64,000 nucleotides of DNA. Origin: Azolla caroliniana. Lineage: Eukaryota > Plantae > Polypodiophyta. The stretch covers positions 11,302-75,301 of the forward strand of contig JBHGNT010000119.1 of NCBI GenBank assembly GCA_043228905.1. The letters are read 5' to 3'. Position numbers and translations under genes: made by a program. Every line of letters starts with the position of its first letter. The stretch's first letter is position 1. The notes beneath the pieces were generated by a model. The model had not been told where the DNA came from, ran no database searches, and worked only from the letters and a program-made list of their open reading frames with translations. Shown in pieces: positions 39,501-48,269 of this stretch.

Positions 39501-39770
39501 CGACAGTGCCATCGCTTCTTCTTCGTCTGCTGCTGCCTGTGGTCTGAGGTCGGGGTGTAGGTGTTCTGCGCGTCGGATCTTGCTGTCTTGAGCCTGCGTT
39601 TGCTTGTGGGAAAATTCGTAAAAAGTGAACCCTTCCCCGGTTCTTCCTTTATATAGTGGCATTTCCCTCGGGCCGCCTTTTCCTGTTTTTCGCGCGTGCG
39701 TATCTTCTGCCATAATTAGCATCTCACTTTTTAATTTCGGCGTCTGCACGTCCTCTGCCTCGAATAGCAT
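36597..39770 (-). CDS. F extra ORF2: globular N-terminus, Q/E/P-rich linker, long coiled coil, acidic tail; function unknown; likely start at 39512
   Basis: 1057 open codons between pol and the 3' LTR. A homologue lies at 53376-54910. Confidence 0.88.
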   Translation of the reverse strand: MLFEAEDVQTPKLKSEMLIMAEDTHARKTGKGGPREMPLYKGRTGEGFTFYEFSHKQTQAQDSKIRRAEHLHPDLRPQAAADEEEAMALSDGARQWLTKNGLGGLLRVADAPPHKEPEQVATTVDLAEVTEGAVQALTGISEGGLQTIELPSSQIFFEYFGEYSLSSKAYRTQGGENLLFGEVARALMEYGFVNPRPAAIAKYRATIVIATFEGLQVDWLHFITEGLKEAIKHLVEGKKPWAGISQWLTVLVPPVSPIKHKQRSRQETTPKQTMKRRRILEKHTPGWTQEEEAPREEGSSRQPRKEGSSRQPREEDSSRQQREEGPSWQPQKQQQQPTTKKKKAEKGKEKLAKKTSKRQTDTEPVTLESEPVPVKEPIVAPTEDAETEEDSSEPMLILPPRQGKEKRATRLTPTADGTQQRAKEPPPVTGTEATQDEGPSAPETAVPEPTAAEFEEQRKEQAPEQEKRPEKQPEKQPELGTPADTNEGRTKAQWLRWLSGQLSGVADQMEEEEEQREEVTRTMTKDMVMLRAQLHELQEELAQAKEGSRQAQDGTEPVGTSEKQAEPETERALQTGPETEKLIATLKEELQAQEALRDNEREQRKLVEDDRRRMEEGLRRSKATNDRLQEENGTLQKEKDRLRRRMEQEIERLREELRQQKDRDDQLRAQANRRLKQKTEEFDRLCKDYKQATSDIKNQAATYDRQIEKLKEQLKENRLELSKAREEVSAEKTLTSEQRKEMEVLRQKVGELTKSRNEEKVKLTFEINKWRSTCDKQKVDSEAQAQLMADIIKRIRKEKQAASEQAKAGVGRIKFIMSSWSTRAQASINESTEKLWREWAQQAAELQILRADAENRKKNGDGFYKMDEESIVNIREELSEDFYALAEEHLKEMRGLVERLDDGQLETQLELEGFEKDRLRQEAEGHTTPISISEGERPAEEDPTNNVPRQELPEEELPEQEQVDAGDDAEWRQRSTESGEERTQPVETGESDTGNGTEVEQDRPGQDTEETPVPPVQAESEQQDAKRQPIQSDVGDGTGKTTLETSERSLPDNLEED
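39648..39656 (-). promoter_or_regulatory. Candidate internal TATA box for ORF2
   Basis: ctatataaa on the minus strand, about 136 nt upstream of the ATG at 39512. Confidence 0.5.
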
Positions 39771-40088
39771 GTCCTATTTTTGGCGCCTGCGCATGCCCTG
39801 TCATGAATAGCATGTCTGTCCTTTGCTGCCGCGTGTCCTGCTTGCGCTTCTTTGCCGCGTGTGTCGAATCTCCTACGTGTCTGTCATTATGACTCCTTGA
39901 TTGCCGCACGTATTAAGTCCTGTACCTCGGCGCCCCCACGTTCTGTGCTTTAAATAGCTCGTGCACCCGTGTGACGGTTGTAACTACTCCCTTCATCATT
40001 CCCATGATTTTCTTGATCTTCTTGTCTTGACTTTTCTTCCCGTAGCTCCACGTCATTCTTTTTTTTTTTTTTAAAAGCATATGCCGCA

Positions 40089-43000
40089 TCATTGTTCGGT
40101 TCCCCCCGATGTGTTCGGGTCGGTGCGCACTGTTGTCGGTTCCTCGCCATTCGGGTTTTCCGGGTCTTGCTTGAAGGGGTTAGCTGGCATGTGCCCCTTA
40201 TACGGTTTTAGGCGAAACCCATTTGCCCATTTGCCCACAACTTCTCCTGACAACGTCCCGAGCTGGTAAGACCCATTGTACTCCTTTGTGATCCAGAATG
40301 GTCCGGTCCATCGAAATCGCAATTTCCCCGGCATGTTCCCCATCCGTGTCTGGAACAGCAATACTGGTTTCCCGACTTCGAATTCCTTTTCGTTACCGCG
40401 CCGATGTCGGTCTACAAAGGCTTTCCTCCTCCTTTGCTCTAGTTCTAGCTGTAGCAGGCTGGCTATTCGATTCTCTTCCAGTTCCGACAGCATCGCCAGC
40501 CGGATTCGTTCGGATTCCTTCTCGCTTAACCGCTCCTTAACCTGTATTCTTAAGCTAGGAATTTGGAATTCTACTGGCATGACTGCTTCCAAGCCGAATG
40601 CCAGTCGGAACGGGGTCGTCCGGATGCTAGTCTTGTACGCCGTTCGGTACGCCCACAGCACGCTCTGCAACTTCGTGTCCCAGTCGGTCCGGTTCTCATT
40701 GACGATTTTTCTAAGGATGTTCTGTAGCGTTTTATTCGTTGATTCCGCTAATCCGTTGGCTTGAGGGTAGTAGGGAGTGCTTCGTTTGTGTACTACCGCA
40801 TAGAATGAGGTCAAACTTTCCACCACCTGCCCGAGGAAATGTCCTCCCTGGTCACTGATCAGCTCAATCGGGCATCCGTACCGACACCATATGCATTCAT
40901 ATAAAAATTTGGCCGTGGACGCCGCCGTGTTGTCCCGTAGTGCCTTTGCTTCTACCCATTTGGTGCAGTAGTCGATAGCCACTATTATATACCGATTTCC
41001 GGTTCGCATTGCCGGTGGCTTGAAGGGGCCGACAAAGTCTAAGCCCCACTTTTGGAATGGTTCTAATGGCAAGACCGGGTGATGTGGCATCCGGGCCTGC
41101 TCCGTGGGTTGGCCCAGTCGTTCACACAGGTCGCATTCCCTGCTATACTTAACGGCATCTCTCATGGTAGTCGGCCACCATAGTCCGCTCTGCCATATCT
41201 TCCGGGCTGTTGTTTCGCCGGCGTAATGCCCGCCTGCAATTCCACAGTGGGCTTCCCTCAGGATCAGATCCTTTTCATCGCTCCGCACTGCTCGCCTCCA
41301 TACGCCATCTGCCCCCTTGTGATAGAGGGTGTCTCCTACCAAGCAGAAATGTCTGCTCCGTACTGCCATCCTCTTTCGTTCGTCTCGGTCCAGGTTTTCC
41401 GGGGGAACTCCGGTGCTCAGGAACTGATGCATTTCGGTTAACCATTTGTCTTCGTCCGCTACTGTGGTCTCCGTTGCCGGTGCCGTCGTGACCTTAAACA
41501 GCTCGGCGTCGGGAAATTCGTCCTCTACGCCGTCCCCTGATTCTCCGGATTCTAGCCTGCTCAGGTAGTCTGCTACCGCATGCTGCACCCCGGCTCGGTG
41601 GAAAATGTCGAATTCGAATTCCTGTAATAGCAGCGTCCATCGTGCGAGTTTTCCTGTCAGGGCTGCCTTTGAGACCAGGTAGAGTAGTGCCGAGTGGTCA
41701 ACGTGGAAGGAGAACTTTCGTCCGAGCAGATAGTGCCTGTACTTTGTGACGCTGTACACCATTCCTAATGCCTCTCGTTCCGTTGTAGAGTAGTTCCGTT
41801 CGGCTTTCGAGAGTTTCCTGCTTGCGTAGTACACCGGCCGATACCATTTCGGTTCCGTGAGTTGCATCAAAACGCTGCCGATTGCTACGTCCGACGCGTC
41901 GACGAAGACGTGAAAGCTTTTACTCCAGTCCGGCGGCTGCACCACCGGAGCTTGTGACAGCATGACCTTCAACGCTTGGTAGGCTGCCTCCTCCGTTTCT
42001 GTCCATTGGAAAGGTACTCTATGTACAGCAGCGTGCAATGGTGTCGCAAAGTCGGCAAGGTGCCGTATCATCCGACTATGCCACCTTATTTGACCAAGGA
42101 ATCGGCTTAAAGCTTTTGCGCTATTCGGTGCCGGTGCGTCGAGAATTGCTTTTACCTTATCCGGATCTACCGCGATTCCTTCTCGACTCACCACGTGGCC
42201 TAACAAATTGCCGCTTGCGACTCCAAAGACGCACTTAGCCGGGTTCAGACTTAATCGGTACTCGCGGCACTTTTCTAAGCATAGTCGTAGGTGATCGAGA
42301 TGCTCTCTGTGTCGGCTGTAGACGGCGAAATCGTCTAGGAAGACCTGCATAAAACCGGGAATAAAATCACCGAAGATTTCCATAATTATCCTTTGAAATG
42401 TTGCAGGGGCTGTCTTTAATCCGAACATCATCACGACCGCGACGAACACTCCCCATTCCGTCACGAACGCTGTTTTCTCTTGGTCGGCCGGGTTCATTCG
42501 GATTTGGTTGTAGCCGCTGAATCCGTCCAGGAAGCTGTAAACTTCGTGGCCGGCCACCGCATCTAGCACTCCGTCCGTGAATGGTAGTGGAAAAGCGTCG
42601 GTCACTGTCGCGGCATTTAGTTTCCTGTAGTCCACACATACCCGGATTTTGCCGTTCTTTTTCGGGACCACCACTATCGGGCTTAGCCAGGTTGCCTGCT
42701 TGACTGGTCGGATAAATCCGACCCGGAGGAGCTTGTCAATTTCCTCCTTCACCTTTGCCGCATAGTTTGGATTCATCCGGTACCGACGTTGAGCGATGGG
42801 TTTCGCGTCAGTACTTAGATGAATTTGGTGCTGGTAGAGCTGGGGGTCCAACCCTCGCATGTCTTCGTATGACCATGCGAACACGTCCTTGAAATCCGTT
42901 AACAGTGCTACCATTGCCTGTTTTTCCTCCTTCGGCAATTCCTTCGCGACTTTTACCGGTCGGGGTTGTTCTGTTGTGCCGAGGTCCACCTCTTCCAGCT

Positions 43001-45770
43001 GGGATGCTTTCACCCTTTGGGATATCGTCATTTCTCTTTCTAGGGCTTCCTGTGCTTGGCGTAGTTCCCGGATCGCCACCTTGTCCGGTTCGTCCGGCAT
43101 TGTGATGTACGGCTCTACTGCTGCCGTGATATCCACCTCAAAAAGTGGGACGATCTGTGGGTGTTCCTCGAGGTACCGATCAACTTCCTCGTCCGGTAAG
43201 CCCTCCAACATGTTGATGCTTTCGGCATATAAAGGGGTTGCCTCCTTGCTAGTGAGCACCCGTGGTTGCGTGGCTACCCGTACCTTTGTTTTCCCTCGTC
43301 GGAACATGATCATATTCTTTTGCCAGTTTTGCTTGATATGCGCCGTTCGCAGCCATGGTCTTCCTAACAGTAGGGGATATGCGCCTTGTACCTTCAGCTC
43401 TAGTACCACGGCCGATATTCGGAATACGTGGCCTCCTATTGTTACTTCCAAGTCCCGGATAAGACCGGTTGGTCGGACTGAGCTTGTATCCGCCATGCGT
43501 AACCAGAAGGGGCATGGTTCCCACTCCTGGATGCCTAGGTCGTCGCATGTCTGTCGACTAATGACGTTCACCCCGGAGCCTCCGTCAATAATTGTTCCTG
43601 GAATCTCCTTTCCTTTGACGATTGTCGTGATTGCTGGGCTACTGGTATCAACCACCGCTGGGCCTTCCTCCGGGTTGGAGAAAAATGCCGGTGCTGGCGT
43701 CGGCGTCGGTTTACGCACGGCAGCTTGTAAGTCTGCTGTAAACCTCGGCACCAACTGCAGTAACCGTGCCAACGGCAGCACGATCTGACAATCTTGTAGT
43801 GCTTGCCATGTCGGGTTTTCTCCTGGCTGTACGATTTCCTCCTCCCTTGGCATATTTTGGTTTCTTACTTCCGCCGCACCTTGTTCGTTGGCTTCTTTGA
43901 TCCATTGTGCCGCTTGTTTTCTGATTGCTTCCTGGGCTTCCCATTCGGCGGCCTTCCCCTTCGACCGTGTGGTAACCTGCTGTACTTCGGCTGTCACCAT
44001 GTTGACTGCTGGCTGCTTGTCGGCTGTTTTGCTTGGGCATTGATTACTGTAATGCCCTTCTTTTCGGCAGTAATAACAGTGCACCCTGTGCGTGTTGCTA
44101 GATTCTCCTTTTTCCCATGTTTGGGGGAGGGGCATTCCCCGGCGGTTGTCCTCGGTTTTTCGGTTCTCCGGTGCCGCTACTGGTTTGTCGTTCCTTGTTG
44201 CCTCCCGACGCTCCTCTCTACGGAAGAATCCACGCCTTTGGTTCCGTCGGAAATTCCGGTTCCCTGGCCGCCTTTCTTCTCTGCGTCGCTCGTATTCCGG
44301 GGATTCGTCTCGGTCGTACCGGTCCCGGGGGTAGCTATCCCTTCGGTTCTCCTCTCGGTCATAGCTGTCGCGTCTTCTATCGGGGTATCTGTCGCCGCGT
44401 TCTCGTCGGTAGCGGTCGTCCCTCCGGAATCGATCCTCTTCCGGGTCCCGATTGCGCGGTTCTATGTGTCGGACCGGTGCTGCTTGTCGAGTTAACAGGT
44501 TATACTCGCATCGGTTCGTTGTGTGGGCGCGAGAATTGCATATCATGCACTGTGCACGCAGGGTGCAGTCGACGGTCGAGTGCCCCGCATTTAGGCATGT
44601 TGTGCATTGTAGTGCTTGTCGGAACCGGAGGTCCTCCTCCTTCGGCAGCGCCTGGTGTAACGCCCCCATCGGCAGGAAGGGGCTCGTGTTGTCCATTTCC
44701 AGGACCCGATCAATGACTTGGTCCATTGTGCTGGTGCTGAAATCGAGGATTCCACACATCGCTCGAAGTGGGTCTTTTAACGCAGCCAAAAAGACTGCCT
44801 TGGCCTCCTCTTCGGGTGGTGCTCTTGCTAATTGACTGTGCAAGGTCTGGAAACGAATGATAAATTGTGGGACCGTCTCGTTTTCTCCCTGCCGAGTGGT
44901 GTAGAATTGTCCGACCAATTCCCTTTGTTCCACTCGTCTATGAAACAAGCGTAAAAACTGGGTTTTCAATGCCTCGAACGTGGCGAAGCTGCCTGGTAAG
45001 TGCTTTGCGTGCCACCGGGCCGCCGGTCCTTCTAATGTCATGCCGAATTCGGCGATTTTGGATCGGTCGGCCTCGGGCTCCGTCAATCTCTGGGACACGT
45101 GGTTGGCTTCCCATGTTCGCAGGAATGCATACACATGTGCCTCTCCGTCGGGCTCATCCCGATACTTTGGGTACGGATACGGCATCGTGTCGTCCCACTG
45201 ATTCTCCTGCGCTGGTTCCTCCGATGTCGGTCTCCGCTCCTGCGGTTCCTCCGCAGGTGGTGTTGGTATCCGCTCCTGCGGTTCCTCCGCGGGTGGTGTT
45301 GATAACCGCTCCTGCGGCTCCTCCGCGGGTGGTGTTGGTATCCGCTCCTCCCTCCTCGGCGATTGCCGGTCACCGAACTCCAGAGTTATTTCCTCCTCTG
45401 GCTCCGATGTTGCTGAGTGATCCGACTCAAAGGGGTTGTTCTCGTGGCTGCTTTTATAGCGGGATCCCACGCTTTCCCCGCTATCTGAATCCGCCTCTAA
45501 TGTTGCAAATGCCGCTGCGTCCCCGTCGCCGCCGGCGAGAGTCTGTAGTAGTGTCTCCGCTTCTTGGAGGCTGGTTATGCTACTGCCTTCGTCGGAAGCT
45601 TGTAGAACCTGGAACTGCAGTGCTTCTTCTGCGATTTGCCGAAGCGTTTTTGAGAATGACCGATCGCGCCGGATCTCGTCGACGGCTTGCTGCAGGGCTT
45701 CCCGTCGTCGCTGCCGTTCGGCGTGGCGTCTCCCTCTTTCGGTGATGTGGTCGTTATTTTGTCTAGACAT
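40089..45770 (-). CDS. gag-pol: F single-ORF Gag-Pol polyprotein: Gag with 3 CCHC knuckles, PR, RT, RNase H, integrase
   Basis: IDGGS, FLDGFSGYNQI, FLDD, VDASD/EREAL/VDHSAL/ADYLSR, HHCC, WGLDFVGP, GPF. No stops. First ATG downstream of the PBS region chosen as start (MSRQ). Confidence 0.96.
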   Translation of the reverse strand: MSRQNNDHITERGRRHAERQRRREALQQAVDEIRRDRSFSKTLRQIAEEALQFQVLQASDEGSSITSLQEAETLLQTLAGGDGDAAAFATLEADSDSGESVGSRYKSSHENNPFESDHSATSEPEEEITLEFGDRQSPRREERIPTPPAEEPQERLSTPPAEEPQERIPTPPAEEPQERRPTSEEPAQENQWDDTMPYPYPKYRDEPDGEAHVYAFLRTWEANHVSQRLTEPEADRSKIAEFGMTLEGPAARWHAKHLPGSFATFEALKTQFLRLFHRRVEQRELVGQFYTTRQGENETVPQFIIRFQTLHSQLARAPPEEEAKAVFLAALKDPLRAMCGILDFSTSTMDQVIDRVLEMDNTSPFLPMGALHQALPKEEDLRFRQALQCTTCLNAGHSTVDCTLRAQCMICNSRAHTTNRCEYNLLTRQAAPVRHIEPRNRDPEEDRFRRDDRYRRERGDRYPDRRRDSYDREENRRDSYPRDRYDRDESPEYERRREERRPGNRNFRRNQRRGFFRREERREATRNDKPVAAPENRKTEDNRRGMPLPQTWEKGESSNTHRVHCYYCRKEGHYSNQCPSKTADKQPAVNMVTAEVQQVTTRSKGKAAEWEAQEAIRKQAAQWIKEANEQGAAEVRNQNMPREEEIVQPGENPTWQALQDCQIVLPLARLLQLVPRFTADLQAAVRKPTPTPAPAFFSNPEEGPAVVDTSSPAITTIVKGKEIPGTIIDGGSGVNVISRQTCDDLGIQEWEPCPFWLRMADTSSVRPTGLIRDLEVTIGGHVFRISAVVLELKVQGAYPLLLGRPWLRTAHIKQNWQKNMIMFRRGKTKVRVATQPRVLTSKEATPLYAESINMLEGLPDEEVDRYLEEHPQIVPLFEVDITAAVEPYITMPDEPDKVAIRELRQAQEALEREMTISQRVKASQLEEVDLGTTEQPRPVKVAKELPKEEKQAMVALLTDFKDVFAWSYEDMRGLDPQLYQHQIHLSTDAKPIAQRRYRMNPNYAAKVKEEIDKLLRVGFIRPVKQATWLSPIVVVPKKNGKIRVCVDYRKLNAATVTDAFPLPFTDGVLDAVAGHEVYSFLDGFSGYNQIRMNPADQEKTAFVTEWGVFVAVVMMFGLKTAPATFQRIIMEIFGDFIPGFMQVFLDDFAVYSRHREHLDHLRLCLEKCREYRLSLNPAKCVFGVASGNLLGHVVSREGIAVDPDKVKAILDAPAPNSAKALSRFLGQIRWHSRMIRHLADFATPLHAAVHRVPFQWTETEEAAYQALKVMLSQAPVVQPPDWSKSFHVFVDASDVAIGSVLMQLTEPKWYRPVYYASRKLSKAERNYSTTEREALGMVYSVTKYRHYLLGRKFSFHVDHSALLYLVSKAALTGKLARWTLLLQEFEFDIFHRAGVQHAVADYLSRLESGESGDGVEDEFPDAELFKVTTAPATETTVADEDKWLTEMHQFLSTGVPPENLDRDERKRMAVRSRHFCLVGDTLYHKGADGVWRRAVRSDEKDLILREAHCGIAGGHYAGETTARKIWQSGLWWPTTMRDAVKYSRECDLCERLGQPTEQARMPHHPVLPLEPFQKWGLDFVGPFKPPAMRTGNRYIIVAIDYCTKWVEAKALRDNTAASTAKFLYECIWCRYGCPIELISDQGGHFLGQVVESLTSFYAVVHKRSTPYYPQANGLAESTNKTLQNILRKIVNENRTDWDTKLQSVLWAYRTAYKTSIRTTPFRLAFGLEAVMPVEFQIPSLRIQVKERLSEKESERIRLAMLSELEENRIASLLQLELEQRRRKAFVDRHRRGNEKEFEVGKPVLLFQTRMGNMPGKLRFRWTGPFWITKEYNGSYQLGTLSGEVVGKWANGFRLKPYKGHMPANPFKQDPENPNGEEPTTVRTDPNTSGGTEQ

Positions 45771-45806
45771 CCATCCCCCGGTTGTCCTCTGCACTCTGCA
45801 GGAATC

Positions 45807-45816
45807 GTGGTCGCCA
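45807..45816 (-). promoter_or_regulatory. Canonical 5' PBS of F (tRNA-Arg-like, TGGCGACCAC)
   Basis: Lies 6 nt inside the 5' LTR on the coding strand. Confidence 0.75.
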
Positions 45817-45822
45817 AAATAG

Positions 45823-46193
45823 TGTTGTATGTATGGCTGGACTAGCCTCAACACAGGTGTCTATCCGACACTTCTCCAAAGGGGTGGTAGGGATAGAATG
45901 TTAATACACGCGTATGATAATTACACTTAAGCACAGACGAAGACAAGATTAATCAGCATAAGCAAAACTATATTAATTCTTCGCCCCTTCATTACAAAAC
46001 ATCGGATCCTTTTATAGGCATCCGGCCAGATTACAATCGGTGCTCGGTAGGCAACCGTTAACCGAAACCGAATCGGTTCGGATCCGGATCGGTTACAACT
46101 ACCGGATCCGTCCCTCCTAATAATTCTATTCCTATTTCTATATTTATCCGATCCGACCTTGCTTTCCCATTTGCCTTCTCTGACCGGCCAACA
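45823..46193 (-). repeat. 5' LTR of F
   Basis: Identical by eye to 36176-36546. Confidence 0.96.
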
Positions 46194-46198
46194 CCGGA

Positions 46199-48134
46199 AG
46201 AGAGGCGTCTTGCCGGGTTCCCTCGAGTGGCGATGCCGAGCATCCATGCGGAGGTGCTCGAGGTACGGGCGGAGAGTCGTACCTGGGAGGAGTTCGAAGG
46301 CCGACTCCTAGAGAAATATGGGCCGGACGACGCGCTCTGGCTTTCGAAACGGGACTTCATGGAATGGGTGGAGTCCCCCGGCAAAGGAAGAAACGCGTCG
46401 GCACTCCTCCGGGAGTTCGAAGAACACTTTGCGCGCCTTTCGGCGCTTGACCGAACTATCCTGGATACGAGCCGGGTCCTACTGTTCGTCAAGTCGGTGG
46501 ACGAGCGGGACCGGGATCAAGTCGGCTCCTTGCTGGAAACCGAAGACGGGTTGACAACCGACTGGGCTGCGGTTAAGAGAGTCTGTGGCCGTTTCGACAA
46601 ACGGCGAGAATGGGCTGACAACGGGGCGGCCGGTGCGGGCTCTGTTACAGCAAGGAGGCTTGAACCGGCGCCGCAAGTACGAAGGGAAGAAACCCGGGAA
46701 TGGCTTGAAACCGCTCTGGCTTCGACCGTCATGGTCAATGGCTCGTCCAGAGGAGCAGCGCTGGAGGAGTTGACGCGGGTGATAAAGGATCTCCAGATCG
46801 CCCAGACTCGAAGGGAAGGCGGCGAACCGGCTCGTGACCGACGGCCGGCAGCGGGGAACAGGTGCATGTGGTGCGACGAGGTCGGCCACATTCGGAAGGA
46901 CTGCGGCGATTTCGCAGAGGCGTTGAGAAACCGGGTGGTGTACCTATGGGAAGGCCAGGTGCACGCTGGCGACACCAGGAGGGCCCTGAGCCGAAACGAC
47001 GGGCGAGGAGGTATGAAGAGACTGATGGAAGAGGCAGCGGCCCGACACGTGGAGGCCATCCACTACTCGGCGTCGGCCGGTATTCGGGTCGGGGGCAGCG
47101 AGACCCGAAAGGAGAGCAAAGACGGTTTCTGGTCGGCAATGCTGGAAGGCCTCGCCGGCGCGCGACTGAGGAAAGATGAAACGGACCACGCTGAGAGACG
47201 GGTCCGGGAAATAACCGGGTGGAGCGATCCGGTCGAGGAGAAGACGGGCTTCATAGAAGCCGCTTGCCAGAAGTACGAGGCTCTGGTAGAAGAGAAACGA
47301 GTGGGGAAAGCCGGAGCGACCGGGCCCTCACAACGGTACGAGACCCGATTCGGACAACGACGGAACGATGCCGGTGGGCCCTGCCCGCAAGATAACCCCA
47401 GGAAGGGCGGGTACCGACTGGGGACAGAAATAGAAAGGACTACGGACCTACGGAAGGTCCTAGAGGAACGGATCCTCGACAACAAAGTGGAGATGTCATT
47501 GCGAGAGGTGCTAGGGATCGCCAAGAAGGAATTCCACGACTCCATTGTGGACCTGGTGAAACGGAAGAGGCTGTCAATGGAGACGGATCCGGAAAGACCG
47601 GTAGAGGTGCGGACAACGCACATCGACGACTCGGCGCTGGCAGATGAGTGGGCGGAGAGCCACTATTCGAGGCCACACTGGGCCCAAGCGACCACGGAGA
47701 CCCCGGTAAAGATCGGAGATGTTCGGGAACCGGTGGTGGCATTGGTGGACCACGGTTCGGAAATAAACCTAATGTCCATGGACTTCTATAAGAAGGGGAA
47801 GTGGCCGATCAACACCAAGCACGGGTGGAAGATACGGGCGGCGACGCGCGCCACCGAGGAACTGCATGGGGCCTGCCCGAACGTGCGAGTCAAGATCGGC
47901 GACGTCGAGATTGACCAGCACTTCTTCGTACAGGAAACGTCTTCGCACCCGGTCATATTAGGTGAACCATACATCACGGCGGCGCGAATGGAGACCAAGG
48001 TGCTAGACAACGGTTCGGCCTACGCAAGGGTCAAAAGCCAGGACGGGCGCCATTCGGTCCAATTTCTGACCGTGAGACCGAACCACGAGCGGAACCGCGA
48101 ATCCCTTGGTGGCGAGAACCGGGAGGATTTTTAG
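46199..48134 (+). pseudogene. gag: E gag-protease; its N-terminus (35985-36175) is cut off by the F insertion
   Basis: CMWCDEVGHIRKDC, LVDHGSEINL. MRDIP|EERRLAGF rejoins across the TSD. Confidence 0.9.
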
Positions 48135-48269
48135 AGAGGGCTGCCAAGGCGTGGGGCCGAGGCAGTCCGGACACTCGGGAAAGACCCCACAGCTGTACGA
48201 AGGAACAGAAACCGAAGAAACCTTGTACGATAGGTAGAAATTTTCTGCTTCTCCGGCAACGGAGGGTGC

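Larger units (their letters stand above)
36176..46193 (-). mobile_element. Intact young non-chromovirus gypsy element F (Athila/Tat-related) with an extra 3' ORF, CCGGA TSD
   Basis: 371-bp LTRs 36176-36546 and 45823-46193, identical by eye. CCGGA at 36171-36175 and 46194-46198. Two uninterrupted ORFs. Confidence 0.97.

Noticed and set aside
36597-39770. Captured host myosin/SMC-like gene or envelope glycoprotein
   Set aside because: No ATPase or motor motifs, signal peptide or transmembrane helix. It lies inside the LTRs and has a homologue in G.
42859-45745. Long antisense ORFs opposite F gag-pol
   Set aside because: They are shadows of a GC-rich coding strand and have no recognisable motifs.
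45771-45854. N-terminal extension of F Gag-Pol given in the ORF track
   Set aside because: It begins at a non-ATG codon inside the LTR and crosses the PBS.
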